From: the human T2T-CHM13v2.0 reference genome, Homo sapiens
Length of the DNA stretch: 64,000 nucleotides
Assembly: GCF_009914755.1 (NCBI RefSeq)
Contig: NC_060934.1
Direction: 5' to 3' (one strand)
Part shown: positions 1 to 15,300 of the stretch, piece after piece
Layout of the letters: each line of letters begins with the position of its first letter
Numbering within the stretch: the first letter of the stretch is position 1
Notes under the pieces: generated by a model
Database searches by the model: none
What the model saw: only the letters and a program-made list of their open reading frames with translations
Told to the model about the DNA's origin: nothing
Position numbers and translations under genes: made by a program

Positions 1-28
1 CACAGTGCCTCAGCCATTGAGAAAATCC

Positions 29-402
29 TGTGACAGGCACAGACCCCCTTCAAGAAGGACTTGCTGCTCAGCTCGTGAGAGGGTTGTCAGCAGCTTCTTC
101 AGGGCTTGCTCAGTTGCAGAGGGCTACCTGGCCAGAGGTCATGCCCTTCAGGGGCAGCCCACCTCCTCTGAGTGATGGGAGTGATGGAATAAAGGCCCAT
201 GTCAGCCCATCCCAGCACTCATTCCAGCACAATGCTGGCAGGCCATCTTGGTGCTCTTGGGGCTGGCTGTGGCTGCATCCAGCCTGCATCACGACTCAAC
301 CTCTGCACAGTCCTGCTGCCTTCCCCTCCTCCCGTGGGTATGAGCCTCCAGCACACTCAACTTCGTGTCAGAGCTTACCTTCCAAGAACCCTACCTGCAA
401 TG
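29..402 (+). mobile_element. LTR33-like ERVL solo LTR
   Basis: Starts tgtgacaggcacagacccccttcaagaaggactt; internal ggtcatgcccttcaggggcagcccac; ends cagagcttaccttccaagaaccctacctgcaa, resembling the recalled LTR33 consensus. Confidence 0.6.
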
Positions 403-1026
403 AACTTGGTATTTGTTGATGAGTAAATGTCTGAAACAAGATCCCCAATCTTCTAAATCCAGAGTTAAAACTCAGACAGGCCACGGTCCTTGGTCATTCT
501 AGGTCCAAGAGGCTCTTGCTGCTGGCATGGCCAAGAGATACAGGTAAGTAAAACAGTATACTGTGGTGCTATGACCACCCAGGGGGCTGCCGTGTCCCAC
601 TCAGGAAAATCAGGTACCTAGTTGGCTTCCAAAAGAGGCTGGGGAAATTTTAAGTTGAGGTTGGGCTCTGTAGACCTTCTCCACCACTAAAGCCCCCAGG
701 TTTATCATTTCCCGGGAGAATAGGTCCTGGGGGAGAGGGGGAGATAACAATGGAACACACCAAAAGGGAACCCTGTAATGGAACAGTGCCCACTAATGTT
801 TATTTTATCCCAGGAGTCACAGAAGGCCTGGAATGGCTGCGATGGAGATAAAGGATGAAGGGTAGTCCCCTCAGGGTGTTATCCAAAAAGTCACCTTGGA
901 AGAGGAAGAAACTCCTACCAATATCAGAAGAGCAACAAACATTTTTTTTTCTAGAAGATAAGTGGCTAATTTCAAAATAATTATTTTATCAACTGCCACA
1001 TAAGTTTTTTTTTTTTTAATTCATTA

Positions 1027-1386
<360 letters not shown>

Positions 1387-4300
1387 AAAAATGAAATGCT
1401 TCCCTTTTCAAATGAGGAGTGGGAACACTTAGATTACAGTGCTAAGTTCTTTTTGTCTGTGAGGTAAGGAGAAGAGCCTGCGCCTAGGTGACCTTGGCCT
1501 GGTCAGAGATGCTGGGACAGCCTGGACGTGGGAAAGAAGGGATCTACGCAGGTCTGTCCACAGCACATTCCAGGGCAGCTTCCTCCTGGGCTGCTTCTGT
1601 GCCAGAACCTGCTGGCCTCAGGAGCCCCAGCTCACCTTTCACTGACCTTCAGCCCACAGGAGAACAGCATTTCCTACCTCCCCCACCTGCTGACAAGGCC
1701 TCTCTCTTTCCCACGCCAAGGACAAAGATGACCTCTGGGGGATTCCTTTTAGCTGGCTCATAAAAGGAAGAGAGATGGGCCAAAGAGAAAGAGCTGCTGG
1801 GTCCTTCCCCAACTAGAACATGGGAAATGATGATTTTCCAGTAGGGAAGTGGTGGCCAGGCAGGCAGGCGTCGACTAGATGGGTCCCTCTGGGGTGTGGT
1901 GGAAATGACCTCAACTTCAAAGAGACAGACTTCCAGAGAAGGCTGGCATTAGCATCCTGATCTGCTCTACTGAGAATCCCAAGGGTTTTGCGGAACTCTT
2001 GCTGGGCCATGAGGATACAGTCTCCTCCTGACCCCAATCCTCTAACCAAAGCAGCTAGGTTTCAGTTAGTGTACACAGAGCTCCAGGCCTCTAAGAGTGT
2101 GAAAGCCACTGCCTCAGGAGATATCCCTTGCTGGAGATCCTGGGAAGTAGAGGCTATGGAGGCAGACCACTTAATAGCTGTGCAACCCTCAGCAAGTCAT
2201 TCATCCACTCTGAGCCCGAGTTCCCTCCTGTGTAAAACAGCAGTTATCACAGTGCCTAGCTCCTAGTCTGGGTGTGAGAGTTCAAGGTGAGGCCAACCAG
2301 TTGCTTCACTCCGTGCCTGGCTCATAGTGAGACCTCAGTAAATGTGAGCTATTTTCTTTCAATGAATATTTGCCCTTTCCAGCATCACAAATACATGAGC
2401 TTCCAATTCTAGGGATACAAAGACAGAGGGGCTTTATTTCTTTCAATGAGTTCAGAGAAGTCCCTAGCACTTAAACTGCCATACACTGAGAGAGTAAGCC
2501 ATAGTTCTGAAAATGCTCTGTGTGCTCATTCACCTGAAGCAGCACTGGGGGTCACTGCAGCCTCAGGTGCCACCGAGCCGACAGGCCATGAAAAGAACAC
2601 CCACTGACTCACTCATCTGGGTGGAATGGTTTCATGGGGACCCAGGTGAGGTGGTGAGGTTGCTGCTTTTTTATGTATTGGCTTTTTCTGCCTCCCCAAT
2701 GCCCCACTTCCGTCGCAAAAGTGTCTGAGTTCTGGAGCAAAGGCTCAGCTAGGAAAAGTTTCAGATATTTTCTTTGTCTTAACCCTTCAGGGAGAGGAAG
2801 GAAAATCTGTCTCTTGCCAGGGTGAGGGCCACCAAGCGGGTTAGCTCACTCTGCCACATTCTGCATTTTCTACCTTCAACACAATGGACAGTGGGATGTC
2901 TCTCTCTTGCCATATGCATTCAAGAGAAAAGCCCTGGTTTGGGTGGGGCTCTGGTTTGGGTGGGGTTTGCATTGGGTCTACAGCCACTAGCAACTTGCTG
3001 TAGTCAAGGCAAATGACATAAGCTCTCTGATCCTCAGCTTCCTCATTGTAAAGAGAGCTCTTAGCTCCAGGTCTCATTACTTTCAGGGTATTTAGGATGT
3101 TTAGATGCCAAATAAGACAGCAGAAGGCAGAGCACCTTGACAAGCATAAAGCACTGTATGCAAACATAAAGCATGGTGCAATCTCACAGGACTGGTGGGA
3201 CTTACCCAATTATAAACAAATTTATAATCACATGGCAGGAAGGGTGGAATTTCAAGATAGAATTATTATTCATTGTAAGATGACTTGTGTAATATTGTAA
3301 ATGACTGCTCTTCACCCCATCCTCTGATTCAAATTAAAATCCTCATTCCATGGCCCCTACATGTACGCTCATTTTCACTGTTCAGTTACAAGCAACAAGA
3401 TGAGACATTTTGACGCCCTTGGTAATTGTCTGGTTTCTAGAAGTTCTTGGTTCACAGGCCTAAGCATGTTTCATTTGATGTTTGGCACCATAGAAAACAG
3501 TGTATGTTTAATGATTTCTGTGTTAAACTGAATAATGAATAACCAGGAAAGACAACAGACCAAATAGCAACTTCTTGATACACCTGCTTGACGGAATTCT
3601 GAGCCTTTTTCCCACTCTATCAAGGACAACTGCCTAATGGAGAGTCAGAATATTTTTCTAATACAAATAAAGTAAAAAAGCAATGTAATGTTATTATCTT
3701 TTAAAGACAGAAATACTATTAAATCCTCAACCATTTTTAAATTAAAGCATAAAACCCTCTTCTACCCAATAAGCAATAAGAACTCACTTGAATTCCTTTT
3801 CACAGGCATTTAAGGGATACTAATGGGTACAGACAGAAGAGGGAAAAGTACAGAAAGGAAAACAGCAGATAAATATATAGAAGCAGAAAACAAGAGTAAC
3901 AGAAGAGAAGCAGAAGAGACTAAGGAAGGCATCTAGGATGCAGTTGTGAAGAGAAAATCAGACATATGTAGGCAGAAAAGAAAACAATCAAACAAACAAC
4001 AATAATAAAATTAGAACTAAAGAGAAACTTTCTTAAAGGAACCCATAATTTTGGAAGCTTATCAGTAGATTTTAAAAGTAGACTACAGATTTATGACTAC
4101 AGGAGTAAAGGGTGTGTTACTCTTAGTAATTGTTTCCTTAATGACATAAAATCACATCAAGACTATATCCAGCTCATGGGCCAGCAGCTCCCCATCTCTG
4201 CCCCATAATGCTGCACTGTATTATTTTTCAATACAAAACATTTGGTGTCCACTTGGGTCAGCACCTCCATCAGACTGCCATCACTAAGGGAACTGAGCCA

Positions 4301-6982
4301 GCCTCCCACGTCAGTTTCCTCCCCTATGGGCTCCACTGAATGGGGATGAATGCGGTACCTACTCTCATAGTAGGGATATGAGGATTAATGAGGTGATGTA
4401 GAAAAATCACCTGGTATTGTAGGTGGCATTTAGTAAATCCTTCATAAACACTAGTGTTCATTATTAGTTGGGGTTACAAATAGTTACTCTCAGAGGGGGA
4501 AAAATGAATGAAAGTGTGTGAACAGGTTAAACAAAATATTTTGGAAATTTTATGTTGTCGTCTGAAAGTTCTTTCATGTGCATCTAAAGGCATCACACTC
4601 ACTGTCACCCTCTTCACATGGTGGGTATCAATATAAAGAACATTCTTCAATTTCTGCTTGACTGCTACATCTCATTTCTGTCTCTAGGTTTCCACTGAGC
4701 CCTCCAGCTCAAGGGGCCTCCCTCCGCATGAGTCGTCTTTAGGAAGCCCAGCCTGGTCTCTAATTTTGAGAAGCATTTCCCTTATTTCAGGTCTTCATTC
4801 AGCCAGTGGTTCAACCACTGAACCACTTCAGTTTCCTTCCTTCATTTTATTCACAAAGGAATCCTTTCATCTACAGCCCCTAGCTGGGCTCCTTTGAAGA
4901 GACTTTCTCTTCTTGCATTATTTTCTTGGTCAGCCTTCCTTAGGAAGGAATTAAGACACATTTCAGGAAACGGGCAGAAAATGTTAATCCTTCTCTCCCT
5001 CATTGTCCTACTCATAAACGCTTACTCCCTCAAATGCACCCATAAATAAGCTGTAGATCCACATCTGGTTCTGAGCCCAGCACATAGTAGGAGCTCAGAT
5101 GAATGATCACGCCTGACTTCTCAGCCTTGCTTCTGCCATCCCTTCCCCTGAAAAATCTGCTCCTCTCTACTTAACCTAGTAGAACCCTCATGAAAGCTGT
5201 TGTCCCTGTTGAAGGAATGATGCCCCAAGCATCCAGCGTGTCTGCTGTTTACTTCATGCACCTTAGTGGATGTGGTGAAATGAAATGACTTTTCCATTTC
5301 CAAAGAGAAAGTGCAAAGTCTCCAAACTTATGACCTCTTTCTCAGAATGCCAATATTTACAGCTTAGCCCTGGGCAACCCTGTGCTTTTCTGACCTTAGA
5401 TTCCCATTTGGAGTGGAAATGGCTTTTCTATTTCTCCCCAAGGTTCTCTGAATTAGATGACCAAAGGAGAACTTACTTCTACCAAGATGGGTCTATGAGA
5501 CCCATTCAGGCTCTCATCCATTCGTTCAACAGATTCATTCATTCAGCCCCTACTGTGTTCCAGGAAATAAGTGTCAACCATACAGGAGTGACCCAGACAA
5601 AAAGCCCTGCTTTTATGGAGTTAGTTTGGATTTTAGTGGAGACAGGGGAAGATAGATGATAAGTAAAATAAATAAAGCATATATAGTATATTAGAGAATT
5701 ATAAGGTTTATAAAGAAAAAATGAAAGATACAATTAGTAGGGAATGGGGATAATTTAAAATAGGGGGAAATTTATAAACATAATGGAAAATATGCATGTA
5801 AGTAAAATTCCTTCCAAAAAATGGAATATTTAACACTAACTTGCGGTGTAAACATGAACACATCATGGGCTCCCTCCAGGCCTCGGTTTCCTTCTCGGCA
5901 GTATAAGGTGGAACTACAAGGTATCTCTATGGTAGCTTCTGGCACTGAAATTCTCTTTCTCTACCCAATAGATAGCAATTTGAATTAACACTAGAGCCTG
6001 TTGGGACCCAGTGATTGTGGTCTAAGTTTCAATGACTTTTTTTTTAAATCCCTACATTCCTTGGGGTTCCCAGCAATGTCTCCAGTGGGCTGCTGGTCCA
6101 AATTAATTGTGAGAGCAACCACAAATTCCCTTGTTTATATTTTTGAATTGTTGACTTAGAATCAGTTTTAAATCTGAGCCCTTCTTCCCCACAGATACTC
6201 TCAAAACAGCCTCCTGATAGGCACTAACCCCTAAGAAGGTCATCAAGTGGGGCTCTGAGAGCAAGGATGCTGGGCAACCCGGCTTCCAATGCCACTTATC
6301 CTAGCCACATGAGTACTCATAACAGGCTTGACGTCAATTAAATCATACTGGCCCTGAGAGGCGCCACCCAACAAACTGTTTCTTCTTCGTGGACTTTTTG
6401 TTCCCTCTTTATTTATTTTCCACTGAGCTACAACAAGGCTCAGGAGGAGGCCCTTCATCTAGGAAGAGTCATCTTGGGACCATCTAGGGAGGAAAAGGCA
6501 TCCATCAGGCACTCATCAGCCACCTCTGATGAAAAGCTTCCTTTGGGGTAATTTCTCTGCACCACCGAGTAAGCCTTCTGCCTGCTGGAGGAGCTGTGGT
6601 GAGCATGTGAAGGGAGGTTCTGAAGGCTTCAGCAGCAGCCACCAGTCCCCCTGCAGCCCCTAATGAGAGGTGATCCTTGTTCAGCTCCTGCTATGTGCTA
6701 GACACATTCTAAGCACTTTACATGTATTAACTAACAAGTCTATGAAACAGGTGTTATCATTATTCCCATTTTACAGATGAAGCAAGTGAGACACAGTGAA
6801 GCAGCTTGTCCAAGATGACAGTTTGTAATTGGAGGAGAAGAGCCCCTATCAGCATCGCTGTCCAGAAGAAACATAAGACAAACCACACAGGTCATTCTAA
6901 ATTTTCTAGAAGGCACATTTCTTTGACACTTATTTTATTTACAACTCTATGCAAATTTAAAGACAAATAATATTCCAAGTGG

Positions 6983-7280
<298 letters not shown>

Positions 7281-7316
<36 letters not shown>

Positions 7317-7353
7317 TACATATATATACATATATACACATATACATATATAT

Positions 7354-7437
<84 letters not shown>
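7281..7437. repeat. Compound microsatellite (TA)n(CA)n...(TG)n(TA)n
   Basis: Seen directly; lies between the Alu A-tail and its 3' TSD. Confidence 0.97.
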
Positions 7438-7439
<2 letters not shown>

Positions 7440-7524
7440 CAAGTGGAGGAAAGAAGTTTTCAGATTGCTCTCACTTGTAACTCCCATACATTAATTTTCT
7501 TGTACATTTTTCTTTAAGATTATA

Positions 7525-7800
7525 ATGTTGATTGCCTCCTAACAGTCATTTCCATCCCCCTCCCTCATTCAGAGAACCCTGATTTTGTTCAGGGGTGCAG
7601 GTACCTCACCAAAACTGATGCTGGCCCCACTCCTGGGCAGACCTCGATTAGTCTGAGCAAGCCCTGGTGCTCTCATTCTTATGCCAACAATTGGCTTAGG
7701 ACCGACCTGTGACTGGTTCTTGACCTGTGAAATAAATGTGCAGGTGTGCTGGGGGCTTCTAGAAATGTGGGCCAGACTGCTGAAGAAGAGGCCTGGAGAG
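7525..7800 (+). mobile_element. MLT1J-like ERVL-MaLR LTR fragment
   Basis: tgttgattgcctcctaacagtcatt...cagagaaccctgattttgttcagggg resembles the MLT1J 5' region. Confidence 0.5.
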
Positions 7801-7820
7801 ATGGTTGCTTAACCTCGAGA

Positions 7821-7956
7821 TTTTTTTTTTTTTTGCTTTCTTTTTAGTATGATAAAATATACATAAGATAAAATTTACCATTTAAGTAATTTTTAAGTAT
7901 ACAGCTCAGTGGTATTAAGTACATTCACATGGTCGCTCAGCCATCACCATTATCCA
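7821..7956 (-). mobile_element. L1MB-type LINE-1 3' end (heavily 5'-truncated) with poly(A)
   Basis: T14 then gataaaatatacataagataaaatttaccatttaag...cagtggtattaagtacattcacat...ccatcaccattatcca, the typical L1MB 3' terminus in reverse. Confidence 0.8.
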
Positions 7957-8115
7957 TCTAGAAAGCATATTTTTTAAAAGTAAAAAGAAAAAAGTGAAAT
8001 TAATTTTAATAATGGAGTTTAATCTATACAAAATATTATCAATAAGTAATCAATATAAACATTATAATAAGGTTTTTTTACAGTCTTTTTTTGTACTAAA
8101 TTTCCACTTACAGCA

Positions 8116-8264
8116 TTGTTGCTTTTTTAGAGACAGGGTCTCTCTGGAGTGCACTGGCATGATCATAGCTCACTGCACAGTCCTTGAACTCCTGGCCTCA
8201 AGCGATTCTCCTGCCTCACCTCCAAAGTAGTTGGGACTACAGGTGTGCACTACTACTCCCAGCT
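8116..8264 (-). mobile_element. FLAM/AluJ monomer
   Basis: agacagggtctc...gatcatagctcactgc...gggactacaggtg; TSD TTACAGCA at 8108-8115 and 8265-8272. Confidence 0.85.
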
Positions 8265-11200
8265 TTACAGCACACAGCAATTCATATTTCAGATGCTCAC
8301 TGACCACCGGTGTTGGACTGCCCAGGTTTAGAGTTTCTCAGGCTTGTGCGTGCTCAGCCAGCTCATGGGCATCCCCAAGGGACAGCAGCATGCTGTATGT
8401 TTATGAAAGATTTGTGCGTCACCATCAGCTCTCTGGGGCAGTTTGCGATTCACCGCAGGACCCTAGATGGTGTCTGACTCTAATGGTTCTAGATCAGCCT
8501 CTCTAACCCCCGCGGAGATCACTGGCATCACGCTGATGGACAATACAAGATCTGAAGCCTAAATGAGAGCTTTTCCTGGTGGAGCAAATACCGTGCCTCC
8601 ATCACCCAGCTGTGATTTCATCTCCCAGTTGAGAACATGACCTCAATGGCAGAGGTAGGGACAACACCTATGCAGCTGCACAGGCACTCCCAGGTTGGAC
8701 CAATAATAAATAAACACATTCCTACTTGGAAAGAGGGCAGCATGTGTGCAGGGTTGAGGCAAGCCGTGGTTGCCATGGAAACCAGCCAGCATCACTCCAG
8801 ACTTTTTCCCTGGTGCTCGGATCATTGGTGGCTGACGAAGCCCAGTGGAGAGGCATTGTTCCTGTACTTATGGAAACCTTCCAAATAGGCCCATTATGAT
8901 GAAAGCACATCAAAGAGGGAATGATGACGTACCTTTACCATCCATCGTCACATCCACTGTTTGTCCTGGGTAATACCCAAAAGAGAAGAAAATAAAGCCA
9001 CTCTTGCCACAGAGGGAAATAACTGGAGAGCACTGAGGTATGACACTAGGGGTAGCAAGGTGGTCCCCAAAGGGGAGGCAATGAAACTGCCCCATCTCAC
9101 CACCATAGTGAATGCTCGACTGGACAAATGGTTATGGCTTCAGGGATTTGCTACCTGCCCAAGCTGACTTACAACTCACTTTCTATGGCAAGCCTCTGGT
9201 TTGCTCTCTTTCTGGAGCCACGTATGTTTGAGATCTTCCCATTCATTCATTCTTTCCTATGCCCATTCATTCCTTCACTCATTCTTGAATGAGAAGCACC
9301 ATGGTAACATGAAAACAGCCTGGGTCATCGAGTCATGAGATCCCAGATTTAAATCTCAGTTCAGATGCTTATTGGATGTGTGATCTCACCTAAGCTATTA
9401 AAGATTCTCTGAGCCTTGGTTTTCTCACCTGTAACATGGGGACAAGAGAAGAATAATGTTTGCCACTTGTCTTCTACACAGTCATACTCAATGTGTTTAT
9501 ACATGATTTATATCTCATTCCATTTTGATCAACAATTACCCAACAGAGAGCCTGGTCTCTCCAGATACTCAATAAGATTATTGAATTATTGATTATTGAA
9601 TAAAAATATGACAATGTGCTTTCACATATATTTCTTCTCTCTCTCTCTCTTCAAATTTCATTTTCACAGCAATCTGGTTCAAGGTTGTTTCAGCCCAGCA
9701 CAGGACAAAGAGGATTATAAAATTAAACCACATGTTTCTGACTCTCAGTGAACTTACAGTTTACTATGTTTTATTAACAATGTATACAACACTTAGTCTG
9801 CCCCAGCTACTGTACTAAGTACTTTATAAATATTAGGTCATGTAATCTGCATAATAACCCTATGAGGTAAGTACTACGATTGTCTTCTGTCACTGGCTCA
9901 GGGTCACACTAGTACATGGCAGAACAAAGGTCAAACTCAGCCAGTCTGGCTCTATAGCCTGTGCTCTTAACCACTCAGCCTCATTGCCTTTAGAGTGGAT
10001 AAGTCACATTCACAAGTGTATGCGAATACTCTCCAAGACTGATGGATTCAGAGGAGGAAACACTATGCACTGCATCTTAAAGATGAGGTAGGATTTGAAC
10101 ACATGGAGTGCATGGAGGAGAGCAGAAGAAGGACAGGTTGGAAAGAGGATAGGGGCCCTGACCATTTGCTTGAAGTGTTTGGGCTTTAGACCTTGGAAAG
10201 CCACTGAAGGTCTCTGAGCCATGGGGAAACCTAAGCAAAGCTGGCTTTGGGGAAAATTCATCTGGCAATAGCATGAAAGATGGACTGAAGCGGGGAGATG
10301 GGACAAATGAGGAGAGTGACATGTAGCTGCTATAATGAGTGAAGGAAGGGGTCACAGGGCTTAAGCCAGGACAATGGAAAAAGAAGCATCAAGGGCAAAT
10401 CCATAGGACGTGCCTCCTACCAGGATGTAATATGTCTCCCTGAGTTTCCCACCAAAACTTTCACATCAGAAACAAGTTCCAAAGAGCACTCACTGGGCAC
10501 TTTCGTGGCCATCCAGAGTGGCACATGGGTGCTCTATAGCACTGCTTTCCTCAAAGGAAACATGGGGTCATCTTGAGCAGCTGGAAACACTGGCTGAGCC
10601 TTTCCTAGTTGCATGCAGCCATTTACTGAGGCCAAGGGGGCAAAATCTAATCCTGACAAAGAATCCTGGCCACCTCAAATGCAAAAGATAGCCAAGTACA
10701 ACGAACCATAGTCCCGTTTGTTATAATGTCCTATAAATCACAGCCTAGGCCTTACAGTTAATAGGGCTTTCTATTCCAATTCCCATTATGCTGGAAGGGG
10801 AAGAGGAAGAATTGAGGAACGAATGAGGAGTCTGAGAGTGAGTTACGGCCCAAGAATATGACTTGTCAGCCGTCTTCCAGGCTCTACCAATTGCCTGAAA
10901 TTCTCTATCCAGTCGTAGGTTTGCATAAATTCCTGGAGAAGGCTTTGTCTGATACCACAGTGAAACAGATGCCAGGGTGCAGGCACAACAGGTAGACTCA
11001 TAAAACTGGTAAAGAGAACTTTGCTTTGACAAAAGCTGGAGTTTTCCTTGTTATTTATCTTTCCTATTTGAAGCCTTGAAATCCCATTTTCATCTTGATG
11101 GAGATGATAAACTCTTAGAAAACTTTTATGGCTCCCAGGATGAAACTGAGGACTCTGCCTCTGCTCCCCACTGCAATTCTGGCAGGCTTTTAAATTCAAG

Positions 11201-11919
11201 TCAGGGCAGAAACTGTTTTTGGTCAGAGGCAAAATGTATTTATCTCTGTAAGCACAGCCATTAAGATGTGAGCATGAATAGCTAAGAGAAAGAACATTAA
11301 GGGAGAAACAGGAAGAAATAGAAGGTGAGGCTATGATGGAAGGAAATGATGACGCATCAACCCCCACCAAAAGCTTTTTACAGTGCCGGGGGAGTGGGGC
11401 ACAGGGAAAGGCATCTGCAGCGATTGGGAGAAAGAACCCGGGAGTGGGCTGAGGGGAAGGCTTTGCAGTGGGAGGGCTGTGATCAGCGTGTGCTTCATGC
11501 AAAGAGAATTTTGAGAGTGGACATAACAAACAGGAAAATTGTGCTTGCATTTCTGTTTGTCTGTAGAATCACTGTGGCTCTGAAATCCACCCCCTCTGCT
11601 CTCCAAACACTAAAGAAAGTCTCCAGATGGAAAAATCTGAAGTCAGGCTGCAATATGAAAAAAGAAAAGAAAAAGAAGGCTGCTACAGGAAGCTGACAAA
11701 TTTGCTGTTTCTCTGAGGTCTAACCTATGCAGCTGGGGTATCAAATACTAGACAGGGTCAGGAGACATGTCTGAAACTGACCAAATGACCTTGGACAAGC
11801 CCCACTTTAATCACACATAATGTAAACTTTAGGGAATGTGACCTAGAACAGGTAGCTAAGGCACAAATAACACTAGTACTACCACCCTCCAAGCTGGCAC
11901 TCATGGCAGGCATCATTAG

Positions 11920-12314
<395 letters not shown>

Positions 12315-15300
12315 CTCGGAATTCTTTAGAGCAGAGCCATTATGACTGTTTGCTGCTGAACCTTAAATCTTTGGCCAAATATTCTCTGTAGCTGCTACTG
12401 ATCAATCAGAATGAACCCAGAAGATGAAAGCTGATGAAAGATGATGAAAGTTCACCATTGCTAGACTTGATATCTTCTAATCCTTAAACACTAGAGCCAG
12501 ATAAGATTGCATGTCATGTGTAATCTCATTATAGACATCCTTAACTAAGTCCTACCTTGGTTTTCTTTTCTCTTTGGCCTTCTTTCCAAGTCTTAGCAGC
12601 CAAGGCTGTGAAATAAGAACTGGTATGAAGGCTCTTCATTCAACTCCACATCTGAAGCTCTGAAAGTGACCTTGTGCACTTTTCTTGAGCCTCTTTACTT
12701 TACGTTCCCCCATTCTGCCACAAAGCTCCTGGTGGGGCTGGTGTCTCCTCTACTCTCCTGCTGATTTCATCAAGGTAAAGAATTCTATTCCTTTTCAAAT
12801 GCTTTGAGATCATGGGATAGAAGACAGCCTGGGGAAGTTCAAAGACGTTTAATCATTAGCCTCAGTTCTTTTGAAAATTATTAAAGAGCCCAGAATTAGA
12901 AATTCAGATTTCCTCCAAATCCCTGAGAACAAACAACTCTCTTGTAAATGGCTTAATGTGTCTGTTTAATGTACACAAAATTATCTTTCAGGAAAGTGGA
13001 TTGTTTTTTATATCATTTTGCATCTCTAAAATATACCACCTATGGCAAAAGGATTGGGATTCAAAGTCTGACAAAATCTACAGCAGAAATAATTAGCACC
13101 AGAGGCTGTTTCTGAGAGTTAAATGAAAGAGAAACTGGTTATTTATTTATTTCTTTTCTCTCTATCTGTATCTCTCCATCTCAGCCCCGGGAAGAGGAAT
13201 TGTATCTCTTGGTGCTAGAAGGGTGGCTTGCTGAATTGCCTTTACAAGGTTTTTTTCTGTAAGACAACAACTGAGCCCCCAACACACAACTCCCTGTGGG
13301 CCACAGTGCTATGGAAACAGCTGCAGTGCTCCAACTCTGGGGAAAACAACCAGATAAACCCACTGGTTTGCAAACTAGGCACAAGGGCAGAGGAATAGTG
13401 ATGTTTTCTAATTTAGCATCCAGGGAGGCAAGGGGGAGTCTTTGCTTAAATCATGTTAATGAAATTGGAAACACTTGAAATAGCCCATTGAGGGTCTGTT
13501 GCCCCTGTTTTTTAAAGTTCATCTAAAAGTTAACCTACAAGGAATTTTCATTTGGGGAATTTCTGCAATGTCAACTCCACTGATCACCCACAGTGTTTAA
13601 CACCCTTGCTATAAATTTGGGGGCTAGCTTGGCAGCTCCTGCCACCCCCCTGAGTCTGCTACCTTGCTCCAGAAATAAAAAATGACTTTGGCCACAGTAA
13701 TGTTTCCTCGATCCTCAGCCCCTCCTGGGGGCCTCCGGCAGTCATTATTTTAAATAAACATGCCTTTTATTGTTTTCAGGTACACAGAGATGGAGGCGCT
13801 TCTACCTCTGGAGGAGGGATGGACTTTCAGGGGCCCCATGATTTGCAGCAGTTCAGTCAAAAGCAATACAAAGAGCAAAGGATAGGGGCTGTTATCTCAC
13901 CCAAGAGCTCCTCAAGCAGAGGATACTCAATTGGAAAGGAGGCTCTTCCAGTCAAATTTGGGGCTAGTGGGGTCACCACGTTTGATACCAACTAGGAACA
14001 ACATCCCCTTAGAGGCTTCCAACTGAGGAGGGTTCCAAAAGAGAGCTCCATGGCTGAAATGATTCAAAAGAAGCCAACTCCTTCTCATTGAGCTGGCCCT
14101 TTGGAATATGGCCCCCTCCTCCCACGGCATCCTTCCCCCTGCCCAGTGCCTCAGGCCCATCTACATGCTTCTACCTATAGGCTTTGCTTCTTCTCTAGAA
14201 AGGAGCAAAGAAGGAAAAGAATCATTGGAGGTGAGTCAAAAGCAGGCACCGTAACTCACGGGGCCTTGTAAGCCAGGGACACAGTTTCAGATTTTACTTC
14301 AAATGGAGGCAAAACCATGGGAGAGCCATGCAGAGACACCCCTTGATGAACTCTGCTTCACGCCAATCACTCTGGCAGCTAAGAAAAGTGCATTCTCTCT
14401 CCTTTTGCAGTTCTCCTGGTGCCTAGCACAGGGCCAAGGGCACAGTAGATGTGAGCCTAACACTTGTGGCCTTTGCTGATGAAGGACAGTGAAGGGGATA
14501 AGAAAACATAAAGATATTTTGGGCTGCAAGGGAACGAACTACTGAAAAACTACTGCGGCCCCCTCTATTTATGGAGATGCTGAGGCCTTGGAGAGGGAAT
14601 TGACTTGTCCAAGGTCAACCAGAAAAGTGATAGCAAAGCCAGGGTTAGTATCCAGGTTTCTGCTGATTGCAGCTCCTCAGATAAAAGTAAGTGACTTGCC
14701 TCTCTTCTCCCATATCCAGAATTGATCTCAAACACTGTCATGAATCCCCAAGGGCCAGAGAGACACACAGCATAGACCAAGGTGAGTAAACTGTTTTCTC
14801 TCTTTCTGATGATCTGAGCTTTTTCCTGGAGAGATCTCAGGTGGCCAAGAAACCAAGTTGCCCACCTCATGGTTCAGAGGAAACAATAACCTCCTGGCAG
14901 CTTCCCTGGGAGCCCATGCAGGTGCCTCAGGGATTAAGGAGCTCCTGAAAACAACTCCTTTCCTTTGCAGGAAGTGATTTTCCACCCCTGAGGCATAACA
15001 CCAGGCAGAGGCTCTATCAGTGCCTGCTGATATAATTAGCTCTGGACAGACTCTCCAACCAAGGCAGACACAACCAGGCCCTTGCTCTAGAAACAAAAAG
15101 AATGTTCTGGACCTATCCCAGTACACTTCCAAACCCCACGCCTTCCTGGGCAAGTCGGGGCTCAGAGACCAACAAACCCAACAGACTTCAGCAGCAGCCA
15201 GGGAGCTGGCAGCCTCTGTCCCCTGAAATGCCACTTTTTTTTTTGTGATTCAGCCTCTGTTTCAAGCTATTTTTAGTGTAAGCAAAGGCTGCATCTGAGG

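Noticed and set aside
10843-11550. 235-aa minus-strand ORF
   Set aside because: No recognisable protein, non-ATG start and Ser/Pro/Leu-rich composition typical of chance intronic ORFs.
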